A stretch of DNA of 64,000 nt from Chloroflexota bacterium. GTDB lineage: Bacteria; Chloroflexota; Dehalococcoidia; DSTF01; RBG-16-68-14. The notes below the pieces were generated by a model. The model was not told the origin of the DNA. It did not search any database and worked only from the letters and a program-made list of their open reading frames with translations. Numbering within the stretch: the first letter of the stretch is position 1; each line of letters opens with the position of its first letter. The stretch is from positions 412 through 64,411 of the forward strand of contig JADFPV010000003.1 of the NCBI GenBank assembly GCA_022562155.1, in the 5' to 3' direction. The position numbers and the translations under genes are program-made. This document shows positions 39,713-51,414 of the stretch, piece after piece.

Positions 39713-40843
39713 CTAGGCCGGCAGCGCGTCACGCAGTTCGCGGGCGAGCTTAAGTGGGTCGCTCGCGACGACCTTTGCGGCGTACAGCTCCATCCCGCCG
39801 AAGTCGTTGGTGCGCGTCGTTGGGTCGCCACGGTCGACGATGCGCACCATGACCGGGAAGCCGTCCCAGCTCTCTTCGGTCGGTGCGAGCGGTGCACGAT
39901 AGAGCACGAGGTTAAACGAGTTCACGCCCAGCCGATCGCGGAAGCAGGCCAGCGCCTCGTAGACGCGGTCTTTCAGCTCGTCGGACATTTCGCTCGCCAT
40001 CAGGATTACCTCGTGCTCCTTGACCGGAGCGAGGTTGGCGATGACCCGGACGCCGTCACGCTCGAAACCCGCGCCCACTACCTCGTGGGCCTTGTAGAAC
40101 GCATCGAAATAGTTCTGGCGGTGGTTGGCCTCGAACAGCAGTGCAGCGCGCCGCAGGGCCTCGATAGCCGCGTAGTGCATGTCCCGGCCGAGGAGGACCT
40201 GAGCGTGGCCGTGCAGGAGCGACGCTCCCGCGCGCCACAGGCAGTTCCAGAGGAAGAAGTAGTACTTGGCTGCCGGGTCTGAACGATGCGCGAGACCGGC
40301 CCAGCGTTCACCTGTGTTCAGGTAGTCGTGAATCTGCTCTCGCGTGAAGCGGAGCGGATGCTTCTCCTTGAAGATCACGACGCCGTGGTAGCCATCGAAC
40401 TTGGCGATGTTGCTCGCCGTCACGCAGTGCTCGCTCTCGACGCGCCCGAACGTGTCTTCCGGCGTGAGCGCGTAGAGATCGTCGAACGGCTCCCCATCAC
40501 TTTGTTCGAGTTCGGCGTCGAGATCGAGGTCCTCGCGCCAGATGGGCCGGGACGACCGGAGCCAGTTGAATAGGACTCCCTCCAGCGTCACGATGTTCGT
40601 GACCTTGACGATCTTCTGCTGGCGGATACGCTCCACCTCACCGAAATGCTCGCGGATCCAGGGGTACATGGATTCCGGCGGGACGAGGTCGCCACGCGAG
40701 ACGCCGACGTGGAACACGAGCTCGAAGGCGCGGCGATCGTCAGCCTCAAGCTCGTCGACGATCTCATCGAGCTGCATCACCGTAAGGTCAAAAGCCACCG
40801 TCATCGTTCGTCCTTTCCGTAGCGCCGGTGAAGGGTAGCGCAC
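39713..40843 (-). CDS. GalT/HIT-like nucleotidyltransferase-family protein (hypothetical)
   Basis: LLHGHAQVL (HxHxQ) branch-type HIT motif. Otherwise unassigned. Confidence 0.4.
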   Translation of the reverse strand: MRYPSPALRKGRTMTVAFDLTVMQLDEIVDELEADDRRAFELVFHVGVSRGDLVPPESMYPWIREHFGEVERIRQQKIVKVTNIVTLEGVLFNWLRSSRPIWREDLDLDAELEQSDGEPFDDLYALTPEDTFGRVESEHCVTASNIAKFDGYHGVVIFKEKHPLRFTREQIHDYLNTGERWAGLAHRSDPAAKYYFFLWNCLWRAGASLLHGHAQVLLGRDMHYAAIEALRRAALLFEANHRQNYFDAFYKAHEVVGAGFERDGVRVIANLAPVKEHEVILMASEMSDELKDRVYEALACFRDRLGVNSFNLVLYRAPLAPTEESWDGFPVMVRIVDRGDPTTRTNDFGGMELYAAKVVASDPLKLARELRDALPA

Positions 40844-42396
40844 TAGTGCCTAAAGTGCCGATAGCCCGTGAACGCCATGGCAACGTCCAGTTCATCGCAA
40901 GCGTCGATGACCTCCTGGTCGCGCATCGAACCGCCCGGCTGGACGACGGCACGCACGCCGCCTTCCGCGGCCATCTCGATGCTGTCCGGGAACGGGAAGT
41001 ATGCGTCGGACGCCAGGGCGCTTCCGGGCGCCCGTTCGCCGGCGGCGCGCAGGGCAAGGTGAACGCTGTTGACGCGGTTCGGCTGGCCGGCGCCGGCTCC
41101 TACCATAGAGCCGCCCTTCGCGAGCACAATCGCGTTCGATTTGACGTGCTTCACGGCCTTCCAGGCGAACCGGAGGTTGACCATCTCATCATCCGTTGGC
41201 TTGCGCTTCGTCACAACCTTCAGCTCCACGTCAGTATCGGGCACGGCGTCCCGTGACTGCATCAGCATCCCCCCGACGACCTGTCGGAATTCGTATCTGC
41301 GTTCCGACTGATCGATCAGAGGAGCGCGCAGGATGCGCAGGTCTTTGCTCTTCCGCAGCAACTCTAGGGCGTCATCGTCGTATTCGGGCGCGATGATGAT
41401 GTGGAGGAGCAGCCGTTGGCCGCTCGTCGGGTGTTTCGTCGCCCGGACCGTCTTCGCGATCTCGCGCGTGACCGGCCGGTTGATACCGACGATGCCGCCG
41501 AACGCGGACATCGGATCGCCGAGGTACGCGCCCTCCCAGGCCTGGATGATGTTGTCACTGACAGCGAGCCCGCAGGGCGTTGCGTGCTTGATGATCGCCA
41601 CAGTCGGCTGATCGAAGTCGCATGCGGCGCTCCAGGCGGCATCGGCGTCGAGGATGTTGACGTAGGAGAGCGCGATGCCGTGGAGTTGCTCGGCCGCGGC
41701 GATGCCGGCAGGCGCACCGACGCCCGCGTTGGCGTAGAACGCGGCTTCTTGGTGGGGGTTTTCGCCGTAGCGCAGCTCCTGCAGCTTATGCAGCGCGATC
41801 GTCACGTTCTCCGGCAGATCCTCATCGCGCAGGTAGCTCGCGATCGCCGTGTCGTAGGTGGCGACATGCTGGAATGCTTTCGCGGCGAGCTTACGCCGCA
41901 CGTCGAGCGGCACTTCGCCTGCGCGAAGTGCTTCTAGCACGCTCTCGTAGTCTTCAGGGTCGACAAGCGTGAGGACGTGCGGAAAGTTCTTGGCGCCCGC
42001 CCGCAGCATCGTCGGCCCGCCTATATCGATCTGTTCCAACGCGTCTTCGAGCTTGACGTCGGGCTGCGAAATAGTCTCGACGAATGGGTAGAGGTTAACA
42101 GCGACCAAGTCGATGGTGCCGAGGCCATGCTCCTCCAGCTCGGCCATGTGCTCCGGCAGGTCGCGCCGCGCGAGCAGGCCGCCGTGGATGGCCGGGTGCA
42201 GCGTCTTGACGCGACCGTCCAGTATCTCCGGGAAGCCGCTCAGTTCGGAGATGCTGTGCGGCTCCAGGCCGGCCTCGCTCAGGTGCTGATGCGTCCCGCC
42301 GGTCGCGTAGACCTCGTACCCCAGCTCGATCAGGCCGCGCGCGAGATCGGCGGCGCCGGTCTTGTCGTACGGGGCGATGATGGCGCGCATGGTCAC
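40843..42396 (-). CDS. purH: bifunctional AICAR transformylase/IMP cyclohydrolase
   Basis: MGS-like N-terminus (IIAPYDKTG...ATGGT) and AICARFT domain. 517 aa. Confidence 0.9.
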   Translation of the reverse strand: MTMRAIIAPYDKTGAADLARGLIELGYEVYATGGTHQHLSEAGLEPHSISELSGFPEILDGRVKTLHPAIHGGLLARRDLPEHMAELEEHGLGTIDLVAVNLYPFVETISQPDVKLEDALEQIDIGGPTMLRAGAKNFPHVLTLVDPEDYESVLEALRAGEVPLDVRRKLAAKAFQHVATYDTAIASYLRDEDLPENVTIALHKLQELRYGENPHQEAAFYANAGVGAPAGIAAAEQLHGIALSYVNILDADAAWSAACDFDQPTVAIIKHATPCGLAVSDNIIQAWEGAYLGDPMSAFGGIVGINRPVTREIAKTVRATKHPTSGQRLLLHIIIAPEYDDDALELLRKSKDLRILRAPLIDQSERRYEFRQVVGGMLMQSRDAVPDTDVELKVVTKRKPTDDEMVNLRFAWKAVKHVKSNAIVLAKGGSMVGAGAGQPNRVNSVHLALRAAGERAPGSALASDAYFPFPDSIEMAAEGGVRAVVQPGGSMRDQEVIDACDELDVAMAFTGYRHFRH

Positions 42397-43490
42397 GAGA
42401 TCACCACGCGCTCTTCGCCCTCCACCTCCGCCACCTCACCTACCACGATGGCCTCGGGTAGCTTCGCGCGGACAGTATCGACGTCCGAAGGCTCCACTGC
42501 GACGACGAGGCCGATGCCCATGTTGAACGTGCGGAACATCTCTTCTTCAGCGATGTTTCCTTCGCGTTGGATGAGCGAGAACAGCGGCGGGCGCTCCCAG
42601 GCTGTCGAGTCGATCCGTGCGCCGAGGCCAGGGCCCCGCCTTGAGCCTGTCGCAGGTGCCTGCCCTGAGCTTGTCGAAGGGAGCATACGCGGCACGTTCT
42701 CCACCAGACCACCGCCGGTGATGTGCGTGATGCCTTTGAGATGCTCGCGGACGGCCTGCACTTCGGCAACGTACGAGCGGTGCGGGATGAGCAGCGCCTC
42801 ACCGAGCGTGGAGCCAAGTTCCGGCTCTTCGCGTTCGAGCCGTGCGCGTTCGGTCGCAGGGTCTTCGTCGATTCCGACGGAGAACACACGCCGGACGAGC
42901 GAATAGCCGTTCGTGTGGAGCCCGCTAGATGGCAGCGCGAGCAGGGCGTCACCGTCCTTGATGGCCGAGCCATCTATGATGGCGCTCTGCTCGACGGCTC
43001 CGACGACGAAGCCGACGAAGTCGAGGTCGCCGGGCGCGTACACGTCCGGCATGTCCGCCGTCTCGCCGCCGATCAGCGCGCAGCCGGCGGCTTTACACGC
43101 GTCCGCAACGCCCTGCACAAGCGACTCTTTCTCATCGAGGCTGAGCGACGACGAGGCGATGTAGTCGAGGAAAAAGAGCGGTTCAGCGCCCGTCGTGATG
43201 ATGTCGTCCACGCTCTGGTTGACGAGGTCGATGCCGATCGTGTCGAAGCGGCCGAGCAGCGATGCGATCTTCACCTTCGTCCCGACGCTGTCGGTGCTTG
43301 AGACGAGCACCGGCTCCTTGTAGTCGCCGAGCTTGAACATGCCGCCGAAGGGCCCAACGCCGGAAAGCACCTGCGGGCCGTGCGTCGCCTTCGCGATTGG
43401 GCCAAGGCGCTCGACGAACTTCGCTCTTGCCTCCAGGTTGACGCCGGCGTCTGCGTAAGTGAGGGACGGTTGGCCGTTCTTGCCCGTCAC
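42393..43490 (-). CDS. purM: phosphoribosylformylglycinamidine cyclo-ligase (AIR synthetase)
   Basis: YADAGVNLEARAKFVERL ... GVGPFGGMFKL N-terminus. Overlaps purH by 4 nt. Confidence 0.9.
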   Translation of the reverse strand: MTGKNGQPSLTYADAGVNLEARAKFVERLGPIAKATHGPQVLSGVGPFGGMFKLGDYKEPVLVSSTDSVGTKVKIASLLGRFDTIGIDLVNQSVDDIITTGAEPLFFLDYIASSSLSLDEKESLVQGVADACKAAGCALIGGETADMPDVYAPGDLDFVGFVVGAVEQSAIIDGSAIKDGDALLALPSSGLHTNGYSLVRRVFSVGIDEDPATERARLEREEPELGSTLGEALLIPHRSYVAEVQAVREHLKGITHITGGGLVENVPRMLPSTSSGQAPATGSRRGPGLGARIDSTAWERPPLFSLIQREGNIAEEEMFRTFNMGIGLVVAVEPSDVDTVRAKLPEAIVVGEVAEVEGEERVVIS

Positions 43491-43508
43491 AGCGCGGTCA
43501 CGACGCGG

Positions 43509-44969
43509 TCACGAGCGTCGCGAGACGGATGGCACGGTTTCCAGCCACTCGACCTCGTCGCGGTCGCGGCCTCCCGCAGGCTCCAGAGCCAGCTTGTCCA
43601 TTTGCAGTGGTACCGGGATCGGGTAGTCCCCAGTGAAGCAAGCGAGGCAGGACTTGTCCTTCGGCGAGCCGATGGCCTCGATCAGACCGTCCACGCTCAG
43701 GTAGCCCAGTGTGTCCGCGCCGATATGCTCTCGGATCTCCTCGACGTCGTTCAGTCGTCCAGCGATCAGCTCCCAGCGGGTCCCAAAATCGATGCCGAAG
43801 AAGCACGGCGAGATGATCGGTGGGAACGTGATGCGCATGTGCACTTCCTTCGCGCCCGCCTTGCGAAGCATCGCCACGACGCGCGGCGTGGTCGTGGCGC
43901 GCACGATGCTGTCGTCCACGAGGATCACGCGCCGTCCTTCGAGCAGCTCCGGCAGCGGGTTGTACTTGAGCTGAACGCCCATTTCGCGGATACGCTGGTC
44001 GGGCTGAATGAATGTGCGGCCGACGTAGCGGTTTTTCACCAGCCCCTCAACGAAGGGGATGCCCGATTCCTGCGCATAGCCCACAGCAGCAGCGGTCGCG
44101 GAGTCTGGCACGCCGATGACGATGTCCGCATCGAGCGGATGCTCGCGCGCCAACTGCGCGCCAAGCTCCATTCGCACCGGATAGATGAGCTTGCCGTTGA
44201 TCACGCTGTCCGGCCGCGCGAAATAGACGTACTCGAAGATGCAAAACGCGCTCTTCGGTTCGGCGGCCTGGAAGCTCTCGACGCCGTCCTCCGTGATACG
44301 TACGACTTCTCCCGGCTCAAGTTCGCGCACGAACGTGGCGCCCATATGGTCGAATGCGCAACTCTCCGACGCGACGACCCAGCCACCATCGATCGTCCCG
44401 AGGCAGAGCGGCCGGTTGCCCATCGGGTCGCGCGCCGCCATCAGCTCCTTCGTGGTCAGCACGACGAGCGAATAGGAGCCGCTCAAGCGTCGCATGAGGT
44501 GCGTCCAGCGCTCCTCCCATGTTGTCCCCGGTGCGTTTATCAGCGCCTGCGAGATCACTTCTGAGTCTGTGCCGGTTCTGAACTCGATACCCTGCTCCTC
44601 TAGGTCGGTGCGCAGGACAGCCGCGTTCACCAGATTGCCGTTGTGGCCCAGCGCGAGCGTTTCATCCGCGACCTCGATCTGGCAAGGCTGGGCGTTTTCT
44701 ACGCCGCTGGAGCCGGTGGTGGAGTAGCGCGTGTGGCCGATGGCCATCTTGCCGGGAAGGGAACGAAGGTCGTCTTCATCGAAGACCTGCGAAACCAGGC
44801 CCATGCCCGTCTTGACGTAGAGGCGTCTGTCGTTAGCTGAGGCGATCCCCGCGCTCTCTTGCCCTCGATGCTGCAGCGCGTAGAGACCGTAGAAGGTGAT
44901 TCTTGCGACGTCTTCGCCAGGTGCGAACACCCCAAACACGCCGCAGGACTCTCGAAGAGTCTCGCTCAA
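43509..44969 (-). CDS. purF: amidophosphoribosyltransferase
   Basis: MSETLRESCGVFGVFAP N-terminal Cys nucleophile. PRT domain. Confidence 0.9.
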   Translation of the reverse strand: MSETLRESCGVFGVFAPGEDVARITFYGLYALQHRGQESAGIASANDRRLYVKTGMGLVSQVFDEDDLRSLPGKMAIGHTRYSTTGSSGVENAQPCQIEVADETLALGHNGNLVNAAVLRTDLEEQGIEFRTGTDSEVISQALINAPGTTWEERWTHLMRRLSGSYSLVVLTTKELMAARDPMGNRPLCLGTIDGGWVVASESCAFDHMGATFVRELEPGEVVRITEDGVESFQAAEPKSAFCIFEYVYFARPDSVINGKLIYPVRMELGAQLAREHPLDADIVIGVPDSATAAAVGYAQESGIPFVEGLVKNRYVGRTFIQPDQRIREMGVQLKYNPLPELLEGRRVILVDDSIVRATTTPRVVAMLRKAGAKEVHMRITFPPIISPCFFGIDFGTRWELIAGRLNDVEEIREHIGADTLGYLSVDGLIEAIGSPKDKSCLACFTGDYPIPVPLQMDKLALEPAGGRDRDEVEWLETVPSVSRRS

Positions 44970-45183
44970 ACGTACCTCCGGGCGAGGGCCCGTGCGGTCC
45001 GCCGGCTTGTTTCCAACGAGGTAGATGCCGGCAGATCAAGTCTATCAGCCGCCCAGATTTGTCGCAAACCTCTACGCGTAACAGCCTGCTGCCGAAGCTT
45101 AGCTTCAGCCAAGCTAGCCCGCACCTCATCAGCCAGCCTGCAGAAGCTTCGCTTCTGCCAAGCTGAATCTCAGATTCAGCCGT

Positions 45184-47670
45184 CTACTGACAGCTATGCT
45201 GGTACTGCTGGATCACGCCCATGATGTCGTTCGACAAGTCGATGACCCCGTCCGGCGCCGTCATGTTCCAGACGTTCGGGCCGGTCGATGGGCCGCGGTC
45301 GAAGTTGACGTCGTAGGTCGGCTCTGTACCCGTCGGCGCGTAGTGGATGATCACGCCGAAGATGTCGTTCGTAAGGTCAATGATCTGGTCCGGTGGCCCG
45401 CCGCCCCCTCCTAGCACATCGTAGTAGTCGTTCGGGTTTTGCCAGTCACGCATGCCGCCTAGCATCTCATCCGGCCCGTTCTCGCGCTGGTCAGAGCAGC
45501 CATCGCCGTCCGTGTCCGTTAGGTCGGGGGTTGGTGTCGGAGGCAGAGGCGTGGGCGATGGTGTGGCCGTTGGTGGGGGGCAGTCGGACACTGAGCACCA
45601 CTCAAACGCTCCAATGTCACAGGTGGCTACGTTGTCCCCATTTCCGTCGACCGGTCGAGTCTTACCGCGCTGATCAGTGCCCGGTGGCGGGCAGTCGCCG
45701 CTGCCGGCGTCGATCGCTGGACTACCGATGAGTAGGGCGTGAGTCTGAGTCGGGCCGCCGTTGTTCGCTAGCGGACCGAGCAGCGGGTTAGCGTTGCTGA
45801 TGTCGCCAGCCGCCGAAAGGCCGCACGTGCCGTCGCTATCCAGGTTATAGCCTGCAGAAGTGATGGTTCCGGAGCAGTCGCTCGCACCGTTATTGGCAAC
45901 AATTGTGTTCTTCAAGGTGACGGTGGCGGACTGGAAGGTATCGATGCCGCCGGCCCTGGCACCAGCGCCGGTCGCAGAGTTCCCACTGACGGTACTGTTG
46001 TTGAGGATCAAGATGGCGGACTGGAAGGTCCGGATGCCGCCGGCCTTGGTGGAAGAGTTCCCGCTGACAGTACTGTTGTTGAGGGTCAACGTGGCGAGTT
46101 GGAAGCTCTGGATGCCGCCGGTGCCGTGGTCGCCGGCGGAAGAGTTCCCGCTGACACTGCTATCGTTGAGTGTCAGGATGGCGGACTGGAAGCTCTCGAT
46201 GCCGCCGGTGCCGTAGTCGCCGTCGGCGACGTTCCCGCTGACGGTGCTGTTGTTGAGGGTCAGGATGGCGGACTGGAAGCTCTCGATGCCGCCAGCGCCA
46301 TAGCCAATGGTCGCGGTGTTGTTGCTGACGGTGCTGTCGTTAAGGGTCGTGTTGGCGCCCTGGAAGCTCTGGATGCCGCCGGTGCCGGCGTAGCCGGTCG
46401 CAGAATTGCCGGTCACAGTGCTGTTGTTGAGGGTCAGTGTGCCTCTTCTGTTCTCGATGCCGCCGGTGCCGTAGTCGCCGGCGGCATGACTGTCGCTGAC
46501 AGTGCTTCTGTTGAGGGTCAGCGTGCCTGAGCTTAAGATAGCGCCGATGCCGTAGTCACCGTTGTCCGAGCCATTTCGGATGGTCAGGTCGGAAATCTCC
46601 GCTGTAGCACTGATCATGATCTCAAAGACTCGGGAGAGCCCAGCGCCGTCGATGGCAGTAGTGGCAGCGCCAGCGCCGATGACCGTGATCTCGGTCGAAA
46701 TCGTCAGCTGCCCCTTAGACAGGAAGTACACGCCCGCAGGCACGCCGATCACCTGAGCGCCGGGAAGAGCGTTCGCCTCCTGAATCGCGGCTCGCAGCGT
46801 GCAGGCGCCTCCGGCCGTGGCGCATACGCCGTTGCCCTGACTGACGTCGTTGGCGTCGATCGTGCTATTGACGTTGAAGTCGGCCTCTGGTGGCGGTGTC
46901 GGCGTCGGTGTGTTGGTCGGCGTTGGGCACCCCTCAGGCGGGCACGGCGTCGGCGTCGGGGTGATGGTCGGCGTCGGTGTGATGGTTGGCGTCGGGGTGT
47001 CCGTCGGCGTGGGTGTGGCCGTTGGCGTCGGTGTGTCCGTCGGCGTCGGCGTCGGCGCGACGCAGTTGATCGTCAGCGAGCTGACCTTCGGTACGATGCG
47101 GGCGCCGGTGCCGGCCTCGATGAAGGCCGCGCCGTTCGTGCCGGCGTCCGGGTGTCCGTCCGGAAGCAGGTCGAGCGTGGCCGGTGAATCGACGGAAGTC
47201 AGCGGACACGCCATCGAGATCTCAACGACGTTCCCAACGTAGGTGCTGGTCGGCAGCGGCGGGATCAGGCCGGTCAGCGCACCGTGGATCAGCACGGAGC
47301 CGAGCTGCGCGCGCGTCACGATGACGGCGTCCGGCCAGACGATCTCGTCGAGCCCGGATGCCGTAGCTGCGTAGATGAGCTTGCCACCGAGTTCGATGGC
47401 CGTCTGCATCAGCGTGTAGCCGCCGGCGGGAATGCCGAGCGCATCGACAGAAAGCGTGAAGGAAGCGCCGGTGGGGACGCTGCACTTCGTAGGTCGAACT
47501 GGGTTGTCGCAATCGCCGCCCTTGATCGTGAGCACCATCTCCGGCCCGCCCGTCGCCGCGGAGGCCGTTTCGGAGCCACTATCTGTAACTGCCAGGGTGA
47601 AGATGACCGCCGCTGCGACGAGCAGCAGCGCCACGCCCCCCGTGACGGTCCTGAAAAGCGATCGAGTCAT
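45184..47670 (-). CDS. large secreted modular surface protein 1 (Ig-like Cys domain, PT linker, CSLREA-type motif plus parallel beta-helix repeats, Cys-rich module, dockerin-like C-terminal domain)
   Basis: Signal anchor [39 protein letters not shown]. About 10 PbH1-like repeats ([27 protein letters not shown]). [19 protein letters not shown]...CDIGAFE module. C-terminal [18 protein letters not shown]...[11 protein letters not shown]...[19 protein letters not shown]. Confidence 0.7.
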   Translation of the reverse strand: MTRSLFRTVTGGVALLLVAAAVIFTLAVTDSGSETASAATGGPEMVLTIKGGDCDNPVRPTKCSVPTGASFTLSVDALGIPAGGYTLMQTAIELGGKLIYAATASGLDEIVWPDAVIVTRAQLGSVLIHGALTGLIPPLPTSTYVGNVVEISMACPLTSVDSPATLDLLPDGHPDAGTNGAAFIEAGTGARIVPKVSSLTINCVAPTPTPTDTPTPTATPTPTDTPTPTITPTPTITPTPTPCPPEGCPTPTNTPTPTPPPEADFNVNSTIDANDVSQGNGVCATAGGACTLRAAIQEANALPGAQVIGVPAGVYFLSKGQLTISTEITVIGAGAATTAIDGAGLSRVFEIMISATAEISDLTIRNGSDNGDYGIGAILSSGTLTLNRSTVSDSHAAGDYGTGGIENRRGTLTLNNSTVTGNSATGYAGTGGIQSFQGANTTLNDSTVSNNTATIGYGAGGIESFQSAILTLNNSTVSGNVADGDYGTGGIESFQSAILTLNDSSVSGNSSAGDHGTGGIQSFQLATLTLNNSTVSGNSSTKAGGIRTFQSAILILNNSTVSGNSATGAGARAGGIDTFQSATVTLKNTIVANNGASDCSGTITSAGYNLDSDGTCGLSAAGDISNANPLLGPLANNGGPTQTHALLIGSPAIDAGSGDCPPPGTDQRGKTRPVDGNGDNVATCDIGAFEWCSVSDCPPPTATPSPTPLPPTPTPDLTDTDGDGCSDQRENGPDEMLGGMRDWQNPNDYYDVLGGGGGPPDQIIDLTNDIFGVIIHYAPTGTEPTYDVNFDRGPSTGPNVWNMTAPDGVIDLSNDIMGVIQQYQHSCQ

Positions 47671-47734
47671 GGCGGCAATCCCTTAGACCAACAATGGCCG
47701 AGGATAGTGTGGCGGCGGTCGCCCTAGGCGGCTG

Positions 47735-47785
47735 CTAGCTACCGCCTAGTATGATACTCTCACCTTAGGCTGTCAACACAGAAGC
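47735..47785 (-). promoter_or_regulatory. sigma-70-like promoter TTGACA-N17-CATACT upstream of surface protein 1
   Basis: The same -35/-10/spacing arrangement is conserved upstream of all three paralogs. Confidence 0.45.
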
Positions 47786-47789
47786 CTTA

Positions 47790-47965
47790 CCCACAGCCCA
47801 GCAGAAGCGTTCCCGACCGAATGTCAGGCCTTCTGCCAAGCTGAATCTGCGATTCAGCCGTCTACTGACAGCTATGCTGGTACTGCTGGATCACGGCTGA
47901 CCCTCGGTCAGCTTGGCAGTTGCTTCGCAACTGCAGCCCGGCTTGATTCTCCGGCAATCAACGCA
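47790..47965 (-). repeat. conserved 3'-flank element downstream of surface protein 2 (copy of 51470-51644) containing three hairpins and a relic copy of the gene 3' end
   Basis: 47858-47895 is identical to the true 3' end of gene 1 (45180-45217). Hairpins gctgaatc-N3-gattcagc, gctgacc-ctc-ggtcagc and gcagttgc-ttc-gcaactgc. Confidence 0.6.
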
Positions 47966-50900
47966 TCACTGACAGCTATGCAAGTACTGCTGGATCACGC
48001 CCATGATGTCGTTCGACAAGTCGATGACCCCGTCCGGCGCCGTCATGTTCCACGCATCCGGCCCGGTCGAAGGTCCGCGGTCGAAGTTCACGTCGTACTC
48101 CGGCTCGGTACCCGTCGGTGCGTAGTGGATAATCACGCCGAAGATGTCGTTCGTCAGGTCGATGACCTGATCGCCGTTCACATCGTAGTAGTCGCTGGGG
48201 TTCTGCCAATCGCGCATGCCTCCCAGCATCTCGTCCGGCCCGTTCTCGCGTTGGTCAGTACAGCCGTCTCCATCGGTGTCGACCAAAGCGACCTCGGTGC
48301 AGTTGATCGTGAGCGGGCCAACATTCGGCAGGATGATCCGGGGATCCACGGCGAGAAACGCTGTGCCGCTCGTACCGGCGACCGGGTCGCCTTCTGGAAT
48401 CAGCACGATGGCATTCGAGCTGGGGCCAGGCGTGCAATTCATGTGCAGTTCAATTACGGTGCCCTCGAAATCGCTCACTGGAAGTGGCGGGAGGAGGCCG
48501 GTGAGGGCGCCGTGGAATACCAGGCCCGGGCCAGGCTGGCCTCGGACCGATATCGCTGATAGATCCGGCCAGACGATCTCGTCTGCGATGGACCCCTTCT
48601 TGTAGGTCAGGTTCAGTCCGTAGTCGATGAACGTCTGGACGCCCACGTAGCCTTCGGCCGGGGCTGTCAGCACATCCACGGATAGGATGAACTGACTCCC
48701 CAGCGGAACATTGCACTTCACCGGCCTAACCGGGTCATTACAATTCGCGCCCTTGACGGTGAGCGCCATCTCCGGCTTGTCGCCTGGCGGTAGCACTGGA
48801 GTATTCGTTGGCGTGGGCGTGTCCGTTGGCGTGGGGCACGGCCCGCCGCACGGTGTCGGTGATGGCGTAACAGTTGGCGTCGGTGGGGTGGTCGGTGTCG
48901 GGCCTACCACTCCGGACTCGAACGCTCCGATGTCGCAGGCACCTGCCGGGCGAGCGGCGCCACGCTGATCGGTGGCAGGTGGCGGACAGTCGCTGCTGCC
49001 GGCGTCGATGGCTGGGCTGCCGGGGAGCAGGGCGTGGGTGAACGTTGGCCCGCCGTTGTCGGCCAGCGAGCCGAGGAGCGGGTTGGCGTTGCTGATGTCG
49101 CCTGTTCCCGTGAGACCGCAACTGCTGTCGCTGGAGAGATTGTGGCCTAGAGAGACGACGGGGCCACCGCAATCGGTTGGCGAGTTGTCCGCAACGATGG
49201 TGTTCTTTATTGTCGCGTTCTGAATGCCACCATTTACGTTGCCGGCCGTATTGCCAGTGATCGTGCTGTTGTTGATGGTTGCCACACCCTTGTTGCGGAG
49301 AGCTCCGCCCGTATTGTCCGCTACATTGTTGCTAATCGTGCTGTTGTTGATGGTCAACGTGCCAGCGCCGCTCCCGCCGTCACCAATTCCGCCACCGGTG
49401 TTGCCGGCATGGTTGCCGCTGATCGTGCTGTCGTTGATGGTCAGCGTGCCTTGGTAGTAAATGCCACCGCTGACGTTGCCGGCCGAGTTGCCCGTGATAG
49501 CGCTTCTGTTGAGCGTAAGCGTGCCGACGACAGAGATGCCCCCGCCCGCGTTGATGGCTGAGCCGTTTCGTACGGTTAGATCGGAGATCTCCGCGGTAGC
49601 GCCGCTCGAGATATAAAACACGCCGCCAAGCCCACCGCCGTCGACAGCGGTAGTGCCAGCGCCCGCGCCGTTGAGGGTGAGATCCGACGAAATGGTTAGC
49701 TGTCCGGCAGATAGGTTGTAGGTGCCTGCTGGCACCGTGATTACGTCAGAACCCGGAAGAGCGTTCGCCTCCTGGATCGCGGCTCGCAGCGTGCAGGCGC
49801 CTCCGGCTGTGGCACAGATACCGTTGCCCGTACTGGCATCGCCGACGTCGGCGGTACTGTTGACGGTGAAACTGGCTGCTGGCGTCGGGGTTGCCGTCGG
49901 CGTAGGGCACCCCTCCGGCAGGCACGGTGTCGGCGTGGGCGTGGGCAGCGGCGTGTCCGTTGCTGTCGGTGGGATGGGTGTTGGCGTTGCTGTCGGAGGA
50001 ATAGGCGTTGGCGGGATAGTTGGCAGAGGACACGCTACACACGTCTCGTATGCGCCAATGTCGCAGGTAGCTGTGGCGTCCCCGTCGCCATCGAACGGCC
50101 GAGCAGCACCGCGCTGATCGGTGGCTGGCGGCGGACAGTCACTGCTGCCCGCGTCGATAGCCGGGCTGCCGGAGAGCAGAGCGTGGGTCAGTGTGGGCCC
50201 GCCGTTGCCGGCCAACGGGCCCAGGAGCGGGCTGGCGCTGCTGATGTCACCGGGTCCCGTGAGGCCGCAACTACCATCGCTGTCCAGGTTGTGCCCAAGA
50301 GAAGTGATGGTACCAGAGCAATCGCTCGCACCGTTATTGGCCATGATAGTGTTCTTCAAGGTGGCACTGGCGAATTGGAAGTTCGCGAGGCCGCCGGTGC
50401 TGGTGCCAGCATTGCCGCTGACGGTGCTGTTGTCGAGGGTCAAGGTGGCGGACTGGTAGATCTGGATGCCGCCAACAGCATTGCCGCCGCTGGCAGAGTT
50501 GTCGCTGAGGGTGCTGTTGTTGAGCGTCAAGACGGCGGATTGATAGGTCTGGATACCTCCGGTGGCCTGGATTCCAGAGGCCGAGTTGCCGCTGACGGTG
50601 CTGTTATTGAGAGTCACTGTAGCCGACTGGAAGCTCTGGATGCCGCCGGTGCCGTAGTTGTTGGGGGCCGAGTTGCCGCTGACGGTGCTGTTATTGAGGG
50701 TCAACTTGGCGGACTGAAAGGTCTCGATGCCGCCGGTGCTGTACTCGCCGGTCGCGGTATTGCCGCTAACCGTGCTGTTGTTGAGGGTTAGGGTGCGGCC
50801 GCTGGGGTTCCTGATGCCGCCGGCGCTGTAGTCGCCCGAGGCAGAATTGCCGCTGACGGTGACGCTGTTGAGAGTCAGCGTGCCCCCGTTGTGGATGCCT

Positions 50901-51346
50901 GCAGCGTAGTAGTCGTCGGAGGCGAAGCCGTTTCGGATGGTCAGACCTGACATCTCCACCGTGCCGCTAATAGCGAATACTGCGCTGAGCCCGGCGCCAT
51001 CGACGGCTGTAACGGCCGCGCCTGCGCCATTGAGGGTGAGATCGGACGAAATCGTTAGCTGTCCGGCGGACAGGTTGTAGGTGCCCGCTGGCACGCTGAT
51101 TAAGTCAGCGCCAGGAAGAGCGTTCGCTTCCTGAATGGCGGCCCGCAGCGTGCAGGCGCCGCCGGCCGTTGCGCACACGCCGTTGCCGGGACTGGCGTCG
51201 CTTGCGTCGGTTGTGCTGTCAACGGTGAAGCCGGCTGCTCCAGTAGTGCTTGGGCCGAAACTCGCCGGGCCTAGGAAGACGACTCCCAACGCGATGATTA
51301 GCAGCGCCGCGCCAACCGTTACGATTCTGAAGTGAGATCGAGTCAT
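47966..51346 (-). CDS. large secreted modular surface protein 2 (two CSLREA/beta-helix modules, PT linkers, Ig-like Cys domain, dockerin-like C-terminus)
   Basis: Start chosen at [22 protein letters not shown] (ATG 51344-51346, GGAGGA RBS). Two [15 protein letters not shown] occurrences. Same C-terminal 105-aa module as proteins 1 and 3. Confidence 0.7.
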   Translation of the reverse strand: MTRSHFRIVTVGAALLIIALGVVFLGPASFGPSTTGAAGFTVDSTTDASDASPGNGVCATAGGACTLRAAIQEANALPGADLISVPAGTYNLSAGQLTISSDLTLNGAGAAVTAVDGAGLSAVFAISGTVEMSGLTIRNGFASDDYYAAGIHNGGTLTLNSVTVSGNSASGDYSAGGIRNPSGRTLTLNNSTVSGNTATGEYSTGGIETFQSAKLTLNNSTVSGNSAPNNYGTGGIQSFQSATVTLNNSTVSGNSASGIQATGGIQTYQSAVLTLNNSTLSDNSASGGNAVGGIQIYQSATLTLDNSTVSGNAGTSTGGLANFQFASATLKNTIMANNGASDCSGTITSLGHNLDSDGSCGLTGPGDISSASPLLGPLAGNGGPTLTHALLSGSPAIDAGSSDCPPPATDQRGAARPFDGDGDATATCDIGAYETCVACPLPTIPPTPIPPTATPTPIPPTATDTPLPTPTPTPCLPEGCPTPTATPTPAASFTVNSTADVGDASTGNGICATAGGACTLRAAIQEANALPGSDVITVPAGTYNLSAGQLTISSDLTLNGAGAGTTAVDGGGLGGVFYISSGATAEISDLTVRNGSAINAGGGISVVGTLTLNRSAITGNSAGNVSGGIYYQGTLTINDSTISGNHAGNTGGGIGDGGSGAGTLTINNSTISNNVADNTGGALRNKGVATINNSTITGNTAGNVNGGIQNATIKNTIVADNSPTDCGGPVVSLGHNLSSDSSCGLTGTGDISNANPLLGSLADNGGPTFTHALLPGSPAIDAGSSDCPPPATDQRGAARPAGACDIGAFESGVVGPTPTTPPTPTVTPSPTPCGGPCPTPTDTPTPTNTPVLPPGDKPEMALTVKGANCNDPVRPVKCNVPLGSQFILSVDVLTAPAEGYVGVQTFIDYGLNLTYKKGSIADEIVWPDLSAISVRGQPGPGLVFHGALTGLLPPLPVSDFEGTVIELHMNCTPGPSSNAIVLIPEGDPVAGTSGTAFLAVDPRIILPNVGPLTINCTEVALVDTDGDGCTDQRENGPDEMLGGMRDWQNPSDYYDVNGDQVIDLTNDIFGVIIHYAPTGTEPEYDVNFDRGPSTGPDAWNMTAPDGVIDLSNDIMGVIQQYLHSCQ

Positions 51347-51414
51347 GCTGGCAATCCTCCAAACCCCAATAACGGCCGAGGATCGTATCGAGGCCGTCGT
51401 CCTTCGCGGCCGGT

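Noticed and set aside
46099-46530. Plus-strand ORFs inside the giant surface-protein genes (46099-46530, 50183-50791, 54459-55583, 53311-53994 and others)
   Set aside because: All are antisense translations of beta-helix or FG-GAP repeat DNA, giving Gly/Ala/Val-rich periodic artefacts.
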